Positions 11,231-25,788 of a stretch of DNA of 64,000 nucleotides are shown piece after piece. The translations under genes were made by a program, and so were the position numbers. The notes below the pieces were generated by a model, which was given only the letters and a program-made list of their open reading frames with translations, was not told the DNA's origin and made no database searches. Each line of letters begins with the position of its first letter. The first letter of the stretch is position 1. Origin of the DNA: Lingula anatina (lineage: Eukaryota > Animalia > Brachiopoda); assembly GCA_051362555.1 (NCBI GenBank), contig CM120647.1, positions 5,456,001 to 5,520,000 on the forward strand. The letters run 5' to 3'.

Positions 11231-13481
11231 TCTTTATAATAGGTCCTGAAATTGAAAACCGTTTTTATTTTCAAACAGGAACATACTCGTATATAAAATG
11301 ATTTTATATGACACAGACACAGAGGACGGTGTAATCCGACCTCCATATATACCATACATGTATACAGAAAAAAGTACGCTTTATTGAGCTGGGGACCAAT
11401 GTCATAATTAAAGTCGCTAGTTATGGGTATCACGACAGTTCACTATACCCCAAATCAGTAGTATTTTAATACTTAAAAGTCATACGATGTACACAACGTA
11501 CCAGGATTGATGATCATATTGTGAAATGTAGGGGGTGCATTGGGCGTCATTTTTAAATAACCAATTACTCCAAAGCCTATTTACAAGTGCACTGTTCATA
11601 TTTTAGTGCAATTAGAAATACGTATACAATGCATTTAATACAAGTACAATCTATGTTGATACTTACATGTACACGAAGAACTGGAAGACTTTACCAAAGG
11701 GTCTTATTCTGCTTTAAGCGAATTTTCCGACTGCTATCAATTAACAATCAAAAATCACTTCCTTGTTGATGAAGTTGACTACCGTACGTTGTAACTTGGC
11801 CCAAAATGACCTCACTGATATTGTTATTTTAACAGTGCATACAATCAAATGCGCGGTATTAAGTAGGTCATATATGTGTACCTGTGTAAGGTTTTAACAG
11901 GTGATGTAAACACCTGTGTAAGTTGGGTCGTTTGTACTGTCTGACCACGGGGTCTGCTCGTTGTCTGTTACAAAGTTATTGAATCGGATACTCAAAGTTT
12001 GTGCATAGTTATTATTAGATATGTTTGCGCCCTTGTTGTGTGTGTGTGTGTGTGTGTGTGTGCACTGTCTGACCACAGTGTTTGCTAGTAGTGTGATACA
12101 AAGTTATTGAATCGGACACTTTATTTTTTTTTTTTTGTAAACTATTTAAGCGGTCCCTGTGTTAACAGAGCGCAGATTGTTTGACTCCTTGTTGATGAGA
12201 TATTGGCTAGATATTTATCCAATTACTAACTTATTCATTGCACTATGTTCAATGCTTATATATTTGTTTTATTATTATTATCATTATTATTATTATTATT
12301 ATTATTATATTTTATTTTTAACACAGTCTTATTTCCGTCTCTTGACTTATCAAACAGATCTAATCCCTAAATGAAACTTGTCGACGATTTGTAGTACATA
12401 CTGCTTTGATTTTTAATCTTAGATGTAGGAGTGATATCGATTTTACAATTTCCTTACTGCATCACCTCCAGTGGAGAAATCAACCCTTGTGAATTTTGAT
12501 ATTAAACCGTCACCACATGTTCATTTTTGCATTGTTCAAACAGATAAAAAAATCACTTAACGCCCCCCCCCCCCCTCCTAAAAGTTAAAAGCCAGTCAAA
12601 TAACCATATCAGCGGGGTAAAGATCATAAAGACCAGTCATGGACTCCGTCATGTTTTATCTTTTTTTTTATCGTTTATAAAGTTTCATTTATCCATTCTT
12701 TTTGCCGTTGATGAATAAATGATTGTAAAACATGCTTGAACGACAACGTCTTCTTCACGTAAACCAGTAAATACATGCAACAGTGAACAAAGCTACGGTA
12801 GACCCAAAGATGATCTGATGTTCACCCCCCCCCCCTCGACACCCCCATGCCATCTTCTCGTAGAGGGTGACACAGCACATACCCCCCTTTTAATGTAACA
12901 TTAACAATATTTTCTCCTTCTTTCAAAACTATCTCTTCGACTTTGCATTTATTTATCATTACAAATGTTAAAATTTCCTTCCGCTCATTCTAGGCACACC
13001 AAAATAAAAACAAGGTCAAGTGACAGGTAAGAATGCGGTGTCCTTTGTTTCGCTTGATTGTGTTAGTTGCGCTGAGTGTTGTGACCAGCATTGTGTCGAT
13101 CGTATTAGTAAGCTTCTTTAACCTATTACAAAAAATACAGGGGACAATAACTGTAAAGTTAGCGGTGATTACGACTCTCTCTCTCTCTCTCTCTCAGTGT
13201 GTATCTGTGTGTTAATATGCATGCCACAATCGAGATACACGTGAAGCAGATTAACCCCCCCCCTCCCCTTGGGGAGATTCAAATCCAATTTCAAACCACG
13301 CTTCTTACTGCCAGCTAATGAGTTCCAAATTCTATAAATTATAGCTTCATATGTTTGGGATAAACCATGCAATTTTGCTGCGCTTAAATGTGTCCAACCA
13401 TTGGAATAATTTGCAAATATTAATAAAAACGACAAGCAAATGATTTTGAAAACATGATGTATATTAATATAAGAGCCCTGG
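11231..13481 (-). promoter_or_regulatory. Duplicated upstream / 5'UTR region of the left paralog (homologous to ~27418-29686), including a probable non-coding first exon
   Basis: Visible colinear homology between the two upstream regions. Conserved acceptor just before the ATG (11246-11247 / 27433-27434) and conserved GTAAGT donor (11661-11666 / 27823-27828). Confidence 0.6.
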
Positions 13482-13838
13482 AAGTGGATGTGGATGTGGA
13501 CTAGAAGTGGATGTGGGGCCATGTGAAAGGAAAGTGAATACACTTAATACGTTTTACCCTCTTCAAATAAAGAGTATTATTATTATTATTACTGTTATAG
13601 TTTTTTTATTAAAAATTAAAAAGAAGAATAAAACTGTGATTAACGGTGCTCATTCTCGCTAATTCTTTCTATTCCTTTCTGTATCTATTGCATTCTCTGT
13701 TTTTGTGTTCTTGTTTGTATGTGTGTGTTTGCCGTGTAATTATTTTTTTCTATTAAATAGTGAAGCGCCATTAAATTATTCACTTTGTCCAACATTTTCC
13801 GTGTCCTTGATCACTGTCGGTGGGCCAGGTTTGTTTTT

Positions 13839-13950
13839 AGAGCGCATTCAGAACAGATGATCAGCTGACTAACTAACTAAATATGGCCGACCCCACTGAA
13901 AAAAGCGATGTCACTAATTCCCTGATGGTCATCCGTTCTGAATGCACTCT
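13839..13950. mobile_element. Small MITE-like inverted-repeat element
   Basis: AGAGCGCATTCAGAACAGATGATCA ... TGGTCATCCGTTCTGAATGCACTCT, an imperfect ~25-bp inverted repeat. Confidence 0.5.
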
Positions 13951-14219
13951 TACATGCCATGTGCATCATGTGATACTCCATAGTCTAAAGAACACCAAGA
14001 TTCAACAATAGTGAAAGCAGTCTCATTTTGTTTCTTAATTGGCCAACACAATATAACATGTCCATGTGATTTCTTAAGATTATGAATAAACAAACAGCTG
14101 AGAATATACAGGTACAAAATGTAGCAAATCCATATGCCGTCATCCTCATAGCAAAGATCAAATAAAAAGCACTGTCCAAAAACCGACTGGACTAAATTTT
14201 TACATATGTTACATTGTAC

Positions 14220-17200
14220 CTAGAACACTTCAATATACATAGGATAATCACCACCCCCTTTTCCATGTTCATTGTGATCAGGTTCTCCACCAACTTCCGT
14301 GTTGACTCTCACTGTCTCCTCTATTTGTGTTACGATAGAGTTGAAGTCTGGCCGCTCTTCTGGCTCCCACGACCAGCACTTCAGCATGAGCTGGTACCTG
14401 GAATAGAAGAGACGACAGGATATGCTCAAAATTGATACAATCAAGACAACAAGAACGGGATCCAAATAATTTGGACTGCCATTCGAAATTGCTATCCAAC
14501 CCCTAATCCCACTAAATAAAACTAACGTGCTTCTGTAAATTGTGGTGCTTCTTTTACTCCCTCTTCGACAGGGCCTATATATGTAGTTTTGGCTTATGGC
14601 CGGGTGACCCCCTTTTCCGAGATCTGCCTGAGCAGTGTACTACCTGTAGTATGTATACTGTGCGTAACTGAAGGCACAGTCAGGTTCATGTGCAACTAGC
14701 ACTGTTAAGCACCGATACAGGCACATTCAACAGGGAGAAGCAGGCAAAATTTGCATCAAAGAAGAGAATTGAGAAATTCAGACCCTCTTATGATAACATC
14801 AAATATACATGTACTAACACCGTATTAGAAATAACGGCCTTACCAATATCTAAGACTTATGTCAGACCACATATATGTACATACTAATTGTAGATGTATA
14901 TACCCGCAGGCGTGCTGTTAGTCAGGACTTACACTTGCTGAGGACAGTAGTCAGGTATGTCCAGTCTTCTCCCAAGTTTTAGGAACTGTAGAACATCCCA
15001 TCCATCCACACCAGGATACGGTACCTTACCGCGGGTGAACAGTTCCCAAAGCAGTACGCCATAGGACCACTGTAGACAACAGAAATATGTATATAATGGT
15101 AACAAAAATATTGAAAACAAGAATGGTTTGACATTTATAGTTTATCTCTCCTAAAATAGCATACAAAACAAATATTATTATAATTTATATGGACGATTGG
15201 AAATTTAAAATAATCCCAAAAGTCGAAACGGCTTTTGCAGGGCGATTATGGGCACCATATTCTGATGCCTCACCCTCAGGGGTTTGCTATTTAAAAGGTG
15301 TGCTTCCCAGAGAAAGAAATAAAAAGAAATAACATAAAACATTGTACATCTAAAACACGAGAAAGTTAGAGGATGCATTCCTTGATAATTATTTGACATC
15401 TCAAAATACATGTTTTATTTTAATTTGTTTTATTTTCTTATTCATATATCAGTCAATCATTTAAAATTTGAAGAAATCTGATTTTTTCGTTCATGGAGAT
15501 TATTGATTTTAAAATTCAATCTGCACTACCGTATAATGAAGGGAAAAGCAGTAAATTCCGAACTAAAACTTAATGTAACCACATGGCCGTACCACATCGG
15601 ATCTAAAAGTGTAAACGTTCCTCTCCATGGACTCCGGTGCCATCCACTTCACCGGCAACTTGGCCTGCTTGTCTCTGGAACTGTAATATTCCTTGGTATA
15701 CACGTCACGAGTCAGTCCAAAATCGGCCACTTTGGCGCGCAGCTGGTCATCTAGCCTGAAAACATAGCAAAGCTGAGTGAGTTTTTTATCACCAATGATT
15801 ACCATACAATTGTCAACTTTCTCTTGCTAACTGACAATGTCTTTACTCTTCTAGATTTGGTTGATCATTTGCTTGGCATATAATACTCACATATACTACC
15901 TAATACTGTGTATTTCAAGTGTGCCTGAGTCCACAATATTAGTTACTGACTTTAAAACACTCAAAGTTTGAAAATCTCAACGGAAAGGCGATCTACTCCC
16001 GTTTTGCCTATGGAAACACCTGTTCCTCAAGAGGAACGCTTATTCCTCTAGAATCTCCCCTCAAAGCAAAAAAAAAAAAGGTATTGTGTAATCTGCCCTT
16101 TATTAAGGTAATCTGTTCTGTTGGGACAGAGAATATAACCCACATGCAGTTCCTAGCAGCTAAATCCCGATGGACAAATTTGTTCTCAGCAAGGTATTCC
16201 ATGCCCCGGGCTACGTCCAAACCAAACTGCAGCAGCTGTAGACCAGTAGGTGCCTAAAATAACATAAAATATTCGTTCTCAATAATATTTTAGAACAATA
16301 CGTCATACCCGGATTCAAATTGCAATGACGTCAGGATCATACAAAAGCTGTCAGTAGCTAGGTCTGAATCTATTTCTCAGCACTGCAATTACAGACGCTT
16401 AACTTAACTTCTTTCATGTTTTCCAGTAAGGTATTATGAGTTTAATAGCATGACCAGTCTGATCTTGAACAATTGTGTCCTTTCTCCAAACTCATTACAG
16501 CATTTCTTACGCACATTCTTAGGATTCTCGATATAAGTTTTGAGATCTCCATTGGCCATGTACGGTAATATAATCATGGGGTTGCCGTCAACTTCGAAGT
16601 ATACCCCGAGTATTGTCAACACGTGATCATGGCGGAATGACGTCATCAGAGCTCCTTCTCTGAGGAATTCATCTAGGTGCTGAATATCTGCGCCCTTTCC
16701 TGCAGGAAATGTGTCGTTGTGTATTGAATGCACAAACCTCGCGCAGAGATAGATTTTTTGCAAATGTTCCGTTGGTATGGGTGTGGGTACTGTCAATATG
16801 TGTTTCAGTATGCATTTATTTAAGCACAATCATCAATAACATTGTGAATATAAGTTTTGGCATAGACATGTTTTCTTATAAAAATAGATAACATATAATT
16901 GACAAAGCATTATTAACAGACATATATTCATTATTCCTATTCATGTATTAAGTGCAAGATAATGATCAAGCACTTTTTAGCATGTACCTTGAAACGTTTT
17001 CACGGCTACTTTTGAAGGGTTGTAATGTTCGCTGTCTTCGTAAACTGCTTCAAATACACAACCGAAGTGCCCTGAAACAAACAAATAAACGTTATTAGTA
17101 TATAAACATGCGTTACTCCCTCTCCAGTATAAGTTTATTCTATTATTGTTTTATAAAATATACTAACCAGACCGTCATGTGTACGTGACTATAGCTTCGA

Positions 17201-19691
17201 TCGCGGGCATATGCTGAAGCACAAATCATGTCGTATTAATGGGGAAATTAGTTCCCAGAGTGAGTTTTCAATACACAATAAGATTTTTGTAACTCGATGG
17301 TCATTTACGCACCTGTGCCTATTAACTTTCCAATTTTAATCCGGTCTCTGCTCACCAGTACAGGCTTTAGAGCAACGTTTAAGTCACCATCTTTCACCAG
17401 CATTAAGGCGTCCTCTATAGTGTTGATAACACGCGGTGGTGTGAACTGACTGCTTAAACCGAGGTACTCCGTGTCATTGGCGCCTTTGCGATTGGTAGTA
17501 GCGCGTTTTGCACGTCTTTTATAGACTATGACTCCGGAAACGATTCCAATGACAGATAAAGCAACAATAGGAACAATAAGCCCGGCTACCCAGCCATAGT
17601 TGACTGGAGGATGACCTACAGGAGGATCCCCATAGTTTAGATATCCCACTTGGTACAATAAATTACCCATACGTATCTGAAGAGAATAATGCATTCCAAT
17701 TACACACAATACTGTATTCTGTAAAATAAGTTCACAGTGACTACCAGCAATGTATTTGCAAGACTTAACTATAATATCTTATGCAAAAGCAAATAACCGA
17801 TGAATAACCTAACAGGGCAACTTAAAATAAATGTTTCTCAGAGAGCTGTGTCCTTCAAGTCTTCATTTAATTAATTAATACATTTTTGATAGAGCTGTGT
17901 TGTTTATGCTGGTAAGTAGACACCCTGTTTCATTCATAAAAATACATACAAAACATATAACAAATCAAGCTTTATCATGGAATGGAATACTTACAGTTAC
18001 CAGTTTATCTCCGTAGTCAAAATGTGGTGGTGTGCAGACGAGAACACTGGGAGCCAAACCCGTGACGTCACAGTTATGCCCACCAATCAGAACAGTCACA
18101 TCTGCTTCACTTGCGGCAAGGTTAAGATAATGTCCCTGTCGAACGATGATGAGTTTTATGCAGATATGTTATAATCGCATCATATAAGGAGTTCTAACTG
18201 TGATACAATGGGTTCAGGAATTATGCATTGATTGTACAGACTCGACATTTATGAATATGGAATATTTCAGTGTCAAAGGTATGCCTACATACTGTGCATT
18301 CTTTTTAACACATATCTTACATCAGATAAGTGAATGGAGAAGTTTGAAGTCAGGTGTGTGGCTACCACTAGACTGACTTCCAAGACTGTAAGGCTGCTGC
18401 AGTGCACAATTTGCAGATTTAACCGGGTAGTGCTGTTTGGGTTGGTCATAGCTTGGCCTTAATTAATTATGGTTAAATAGGTTTAGGAATTAGGCACTGA
18501 TTGTAAGAAACTCCTGTATGTTTTGAAATACCTGTATTAATGTTTATCATGTTCTATTAATTTATGTTTACATTAATATATGTATTTTATTTTATTCTAT
18601 TTTTGTTGTTTTTTTCTTGAACAGAGATTGACTCACACGTATTACGAAGCTAGTGTTACTTTGATATTTCACACTAGAACCGTCGCTGGTCAAATTCTGG
18701 AACAACGGATCCACAACATATTGAATAGAAGAAGTGATGTTGGTTAAATTCTGCACTCCCAACACTCCGTCCATTACAAAGCCAATCTTCGCGATAGTAT
18801 TGGTGTCCATCTGCCTCTTAAAGCGCAAGGAACCTGGAGTGTCTGGTATCGTTGGATGAATCTCGTTAGGCGCTCTTGGCGATGGACATGTTAATGTGGT
18901 ACTGGACATTTCTGGTACATGGAGACAATCCTGACAGAAAGACAAAATCATCGATTACATGCCATGATAAAAAATGTGCATATATGGAAAGCAACGAAGG
19001 AAAAACCAAAGTAAAATAATTTGAATTATGTCCGTATAAAGTAGGAAAATAACTTGGGAGGTACAGGTTGCCCTTTCTTCATTCTGATCATTAAAGGACC
19101 AGCCTATCACCATACGCACATTTTAGTATTGCCTCCCCCTTACCGTTGTGTGCGACTTTTCCTTTCCGCTCCACGCAAACATCTTTGGCTGTTGAATTGA
19201 GTCAAAATTCTTTCCAGTGACTGTCAACATCCGTCCTCCGCTGAATAATATTGAACATATTGTTACAAAAAACGCACACTTTTGCAGTAATATCCATATA
19301 CTCCGTATTTAAAATTAATAATTTTGGTCGAAAGGCCAGCATTACAAAAATTATGAAAATGACCCTGGATTTTCTTTCAGTACACTTCTCACCACATCCG
19401 GACATCATTTACTGTACGTTACCTGGCGAAGCTGGTAAGTGGCATTATCTTGTCCACAACAGGGTCCTCAGTGTATGTGAAGGGGCCCTGGTCCAGCATT
19501 CTTACACTGCCGTCAAAAAGCATCCTGACAGAGGTCACGACATTTGGCCTACTGACCCCTGGAGTGGTACAAATGGTGGAATGGCTGTCAATTGTGCTTC
19601 TGGAAATTACATAAAGTTTATGTCGATCAAAATAAACTGAATTTCCATGGTTTTGTTTCTTGCTTTTTCTTCCATTTTGTATAATATTTAC

Positions 19692-19726
<35 letters not shown>

Positions 19727-22700
19727 CACAATTTATATTGGCTGTGGAATGTTTATTTTGATCAGTTGAGCCACTATCATGCTCTTTAAGTTCATTAATT
19801 AAATGTTTCCTTGCAATAACTGTTTTAAAAATATCCCATGTTACCCTGTCTAACCAAAAGCAGTATTTCATTTTCAAAAGAAAACAGCGGATATTTATCA
19901 GGGTAATTAAGTCAAACATCCTCAATTTAAAGTCACGGTATTTTATATTTTTCTTTAGCCCTGCAATCTGTCAAACACATTTAGCTCAAAAAAGATCGAC
20001 GCATATAGTATATGAAGTATCCTTACCTATCTACAATACAAGGCAACATTTCCTCTCCTAGGGTTAGGCTGATATTGTCCAGGTTGCCAGCGTTAAGATC
20101 TTTCCCCCTCACAGTCAGCCTGGTACCACCAGACATGGGGCCTTTCACTGGGAACACTGCCTCCAGCTTGGGGTCCTGAAAGGGACAATTAATGAGATAA
20201 CATCTTTTTTGAAGGGAAAAGTGACAAAAACGGATTGAATTTAATATATCGCTATGCATTGTTAACATTGTATTTATTATGGAATTTTAAAACTCAAATA
20301 AGGAGCCGTTATCCATAAGTTAAAAACATTGCACTGCATAACATTGCATAAATCTTATCATACCATTATCAGTTATTAATTGGCAAAATATCATCAAAAT
20401 GCACTCATTAAATATAATGCTCCAAATGTTATATTCTACCACCAGCATTTGTCATTACTCATTCCTATCAAGAGTGAAGTGGATATAGTTGTATTTCAAA
20501 ACACTTACGCACCACATATCTGAACTGTTTGGAGTGGTTGTATCCTTTAGCTGTCATTCCATATTTCAATCAACATCAGTGATGTGGTGATAGTTGTCTT
20601 TAGAAAAAATACTCACCACATATCTGAACATCTGGGAATGGCGGTATACTTTGCCCAAACCCTGGATCTGTACCTCTATGGAACCATTCCTGGTCAACCT
20701 GCCTGGAGCTTCCGCCGCCGTACACACAATGCTAAAATCAGGTAGACATGATTTTGGAAATAAAACAGTGGAAAAATGGTTCTGTGGGCATAAAAGTTAC
20801 TAGAGTCTGGTGGACGCATAATGTGGGAAAAGCCATTAAAAATGGATTTCCAATTGAAAGCAAAAAAAAAAAACTTCCATAAGTGAAATCTAACAATTCT
20901 GCCAATTACAATAGCCATTTAAACTCTATGCCAATAAATCATCTAAGAAACCAATAATAAATTGGCACGCACTTGTTATATATTTTTTAATTTTCTTTAA
21001 CAGGAGTAAGTTTTGGACAACAATACCAAATATACAGGGAAATGAACAGGTTCAGATACAACTGCCAGTGCCAACAGTTACGACAACTCCACACCTTTTT
21101 GACACCACATAATCTTCTACAACAGGTCTACAGGCCACCCCTGCCAGTCTAACAGTTGGTATACTAGCATCAGAGATGCCTAAATTGGTGCCATTGATGG
21201 TGACCTTGGTGTGACCTTCAACTGGGGCACTCAGGGGAGAAAACTGAAAGACATTGTTTATACTTTTTAAGGTTGTCATACTCATTGACAAATATGTTAA
21301 TAAACTTTTTACTCTGTTCCAATTTCTGTTATATATTAGAACTGTTTGTTAAAGACAAAAAAAAAATAAAACGTCTCAGGGAAAAATGTTTGCTGTGGCT
21401 TATCATATTGAAAAGCATATCCATGTGACACTTGAAATCAAAGATAATTACTATACCAAAACTTCTAAACGTTGACATAAAGTATCAGACTGACTGGTGA
21501 CAAGGACATAAAATTTACAATATATAACCGCACTAACCCAGTTAATGATGACATTAGGACAAGTGCTGTCGGCTGGCAAACTGCATGTTGGGCGGTACTT
21601 GCACGTCCCTCCACAGAAAGCACACCTAAATTTTGTATCCACAGCACCAATACATGTGCCACATGTGGTCCCAAGGATGTCACACTTGTACAGGGTGGCT
21701 GAAATAACAGCAACATCATTGTGTAATGGTATACCATAATAACTAAATATGTACTGCCCAACAATGTTACATTTATGTTGTACATACGCTTTAGTTGTAA
21801 CAATTTAAATAATTAACAGTAATACCAATAAACTACCAACAAAACACTTGACTTGCAAAACATCTTGTACAGGATTGCTGAAATAACAGTGGCATTATCG
21901 TGAAGTAATGGTATACCAAAAATATATCATAAATACTGCCAAACAATGTTACAATTGTGTTGTACATAGCTATAACCATGAAAAGAATTGACAGTAATAC
22001 AAGTTAACTGCCAACAAAATAAGAGACTTGCAGATAATCTTCGCATGTGAAATTACATACTTCTGAGCGTCTTCTGAGCGACAGGTGGTATGATTCTTTC
22101 TGAGAAGGCAAAATAATATATTAAAGCGTTTACACATTCCAAACCTTTACATCTATTAAACACATTTAGTTTTAGATAAAAAAGAAGTAAAACTGATTTG
22201 GTAAACAATACATACCACTGACTTCAGAGCCGGTGGGTTGATCTATCACATGGTTATTATTCCAGATTACTTGGATTTGGTGTCTCTCCTGGCCTGTATT
22301 GGCTGTATATCCATACTGGAATAATGAACGGAAAACCCCGTTAAATACAACCAAACATCTGATTTAACAATTACGACTATAATCAACAAACAAAAATCAA
22401 GGAGATCAAATTGCAGACCAACTGTCTTAATCTTTTCTGCATTATCTTCTCACTATAAATATTAGTTCTTAATATTAATATACTTAGAGTTAGTTTCAGG
22501 ATACTGACTGTTTTCGGAAAAAGAAACACCTTTCTATTTAATAACATGTTTTTTTGTTTTCTGATATCTACTCACAGCGTGACCCTGACAGTCTATGGCA
22601 CTATCATTCTGTCTGATAGCTGGGACTGTGTTAGTGCCTATCTTACATTGATAACCACCTTGGCCAGCCTGGAATAACATTGGAGAAAGTTGAGAATAAC

Positions 22701-25700
22701 CAAAATGATTGCAGAGCACAGCAAAATGTAAAACTTCATAAAAAACTTTTTGGAGTGGGAATTTCTGGTTTATGTCAGTCTTTTTATTGAAACTGATTTA
22801 GAAATGCATCATTGCTTTATTGTAATAATGCGTAACCACAATTTATCTTCCCATGATGGTAAGGTTCTCTATCGCAAATAATAAGAAATCATACTTACGT
22901 GGAATGTATTCCTACGTGTACATATAAGTAACGGTAGCATAATTAAGAACCACATTTAAGTGAATTTTTACCTGTGGCACAGGTAGGTTCTTCCCACTTA
23001 ATGAGATGACTTTGGTGACCCCAGCAGATAACAGGACGTCCTGTACACGTGGCAGGAGCTGGGGACACAGGGTGGGACCTTTAATACCTACATTGACATG
23101 ACTCTAAAATAGAGGAAAGAAGACGGCACTATTTCTTATTCGCATATATGTTTCTGTTCTTGAAAACAGAAATTACAGATTGCGCGTAAATAAATGGACA
23201 TTTAATTTTAGTTTTAGTAGCGTTTCACTTGTCACACTCATGGAAAACTGCATGAGTGACCAGCATTATCTGGTTTTATCTCGGTTTTGAGTAAAAAAAG
23301 GTATTTAAAGAGAAATGAAAAATGAATGGAACATACTTTTTGTCCAGGTATCACCCTTCCACTAGGACTACAGGTGTTGCTGGCATGGGTGCATGTGTTA
23401 GCATATATACACCAGTCACAGGACCAACTACTGCTGGTACACGACACACATCTACAGTAATAATACATACATACACGTGTTAGCATATCTGCAGGGTGTT
23501 TTGAATAATGTTTCTCAAAATTAATGTTCATAAAGACAGACCTTGTTTAGATATAGATTTAGATATACATCATATACTGAAAATGATCAAATAATGTGAT
23601 TCCTTTCACTAAATTTCCTTTGATAGCAGATCATTGAGAGGCTTCATAGTGGGTCTGATAGGATGTAGAGATATAATCACAATGAAAACTTGTTACCCGG
23701 AGTGTGCGCCGCAGTCAAAATATGTGAAGTTGGTGGTTAAAAACTTAACTCCAGTCGTTACTGATTTGATAAATAAGGGAACTATTGTGTGATCTGAAAT
23801 GGAAAGTTTTTTTTCTTAATAAATATGTCATAGGAAAATATAAAGTTTAACCGCTGTATCAAAATTATATCCGGCAACACGATGTCTTTAAATATCTTTA
23901 CTACAACACAAAATTAAATGATAAATAAATTATACTAAAAACATAATATTATAATTAATGAAGACATATAGCACAATATACTCCAAAATACCTGTGCACG
24001 TTTAGGGACTGCGTTAAAAATGATATTTATTTTATATTAGGCAGTAACCCTGTCGATCTTACTACCAGTTACATTGTGTTATTTTTAAAGTGCGGTTTTT
24101 AGTATGCAACATGTATATGAACAAAAACCTTACCCTCTCCAGTTGGTATAGTAGGTAAGCTGGTGGGTGTGTCACATGTCACCAAGTTCCCACCAGTGAC
24201 TGTGGCACTGACTGCTGTGGTATCAAATACACATTGGTAGGACTGGCCTGGGGGTAGGAGGCTTACTGACATGTTCACCTAAAAGACGAATGGACTCAAC
24301 AGGGATTCTCTTTAGATGGTAATTAATATTGTAACTGACAGCTACATATATCAAACTGACGATTGCATTCAGTCACGTTTACAGTAATGTGATTTCATTA
24401 CCGATGCATTCCTGTGTATGGCGTTGTTTAGCGGTTATATGATCGGTTACCGCACCGGCCTAGGCAATTAAGTTAGTAATGGACACAAGAAGTCGTGGTA
24501 CAAGATCTATAGCATTTAGCTACGCACAGATGTACAGTATGGCAATACAGTGAAGATATATTACTGTAAGCTGTCCTTTTCTGGACTCTGCTGACTTTAT
24601 TCGAGCGATGGATGGTGTCCACCAAAAGATGGCACAAAGATTATTGATAACATTGTCAAATGAAACGAAAGTTAGTTCTGCAATAAATCCACGTATATAG
24701 TAATTCTTTGTACCTGTGTGGGTCTGGCTAGAGGTGTGTTTGATGGTGAAATGGTATTGATCTTGGTACACTGTCCATTATCAAAGGGAAGCCATCTTTC
24801 GACGCCATCTGCATCCGAACATTGGCTTTTTCTGCTGCATCTAGAAATTAAAACGCACGCACATGTGGTTTCTTTAATGAAAAAATGGGTTTTAGCCGTC
24901 CTACAATATAATAGCATTATGTAATATAAAAATGGAGTCGAGAAATAGCATAAGCATTTTAATTTTTTTTTCTCGATTGCCTCCCAAATGTTTTTTGTTG
25001 TCGATGTTTTAGTAAAGGAACCGTACTGTTTTAAGAACACACTTATAAATACATTTGTCATATCTATTTCCAGAAACATATACGTTTTCCCTTACTGATA
25101 TCAAATACAAAGCATTCAAAATTAAACACAAAAATACTTTATTCTTACTTGTTTTCCAGACTGCACCACCCACAGAACGGATCTCTTGATGCCAGACAGT
25201 CCTCACAACTACTGTAACTACCACAGTCTTCTACCTTCAATTTACTGACCTGGGGAGAGTTTGATAAATAATTCCACATTTGGTTCGATTGATCATTTAA
25301 ATTAAAAGTCCTTTTTCTCATTACATTCAGTTCTTGGGCAATAAAGTGTATAGATTTTCATAATACACCAAACATTTGTCCACTCCCATCTTAGCTCTTC
25401 GTCTGCAAAGTAATCGTATAATGAACAATTTAAATAATATTGGCCGAGTATGACTTATTTTTTCTCTTTTATGTCCCTTTAATTAAAAAAAAATATTTGG
25501 TTTATTTCCCCATATAGATACATATTCGTATATATGGAGATGTACATATGCTATATTTCTATAGAACTCACCTTATATTTGGTCATAACATACACATGCT
25601 CTCTTGTACCGTCTAACTGTATATGTTTAACCTGATCGCTTGACACTTGCACTGATTTGTATTCCACAGCAGATGTATTGGACTGGATAAATATCTGAAA

Positions 25701-25732
25701 ACATTAAATATTATATATCCATGGTTAGACGT

Positions 25733-25788
<56 letters not shown>

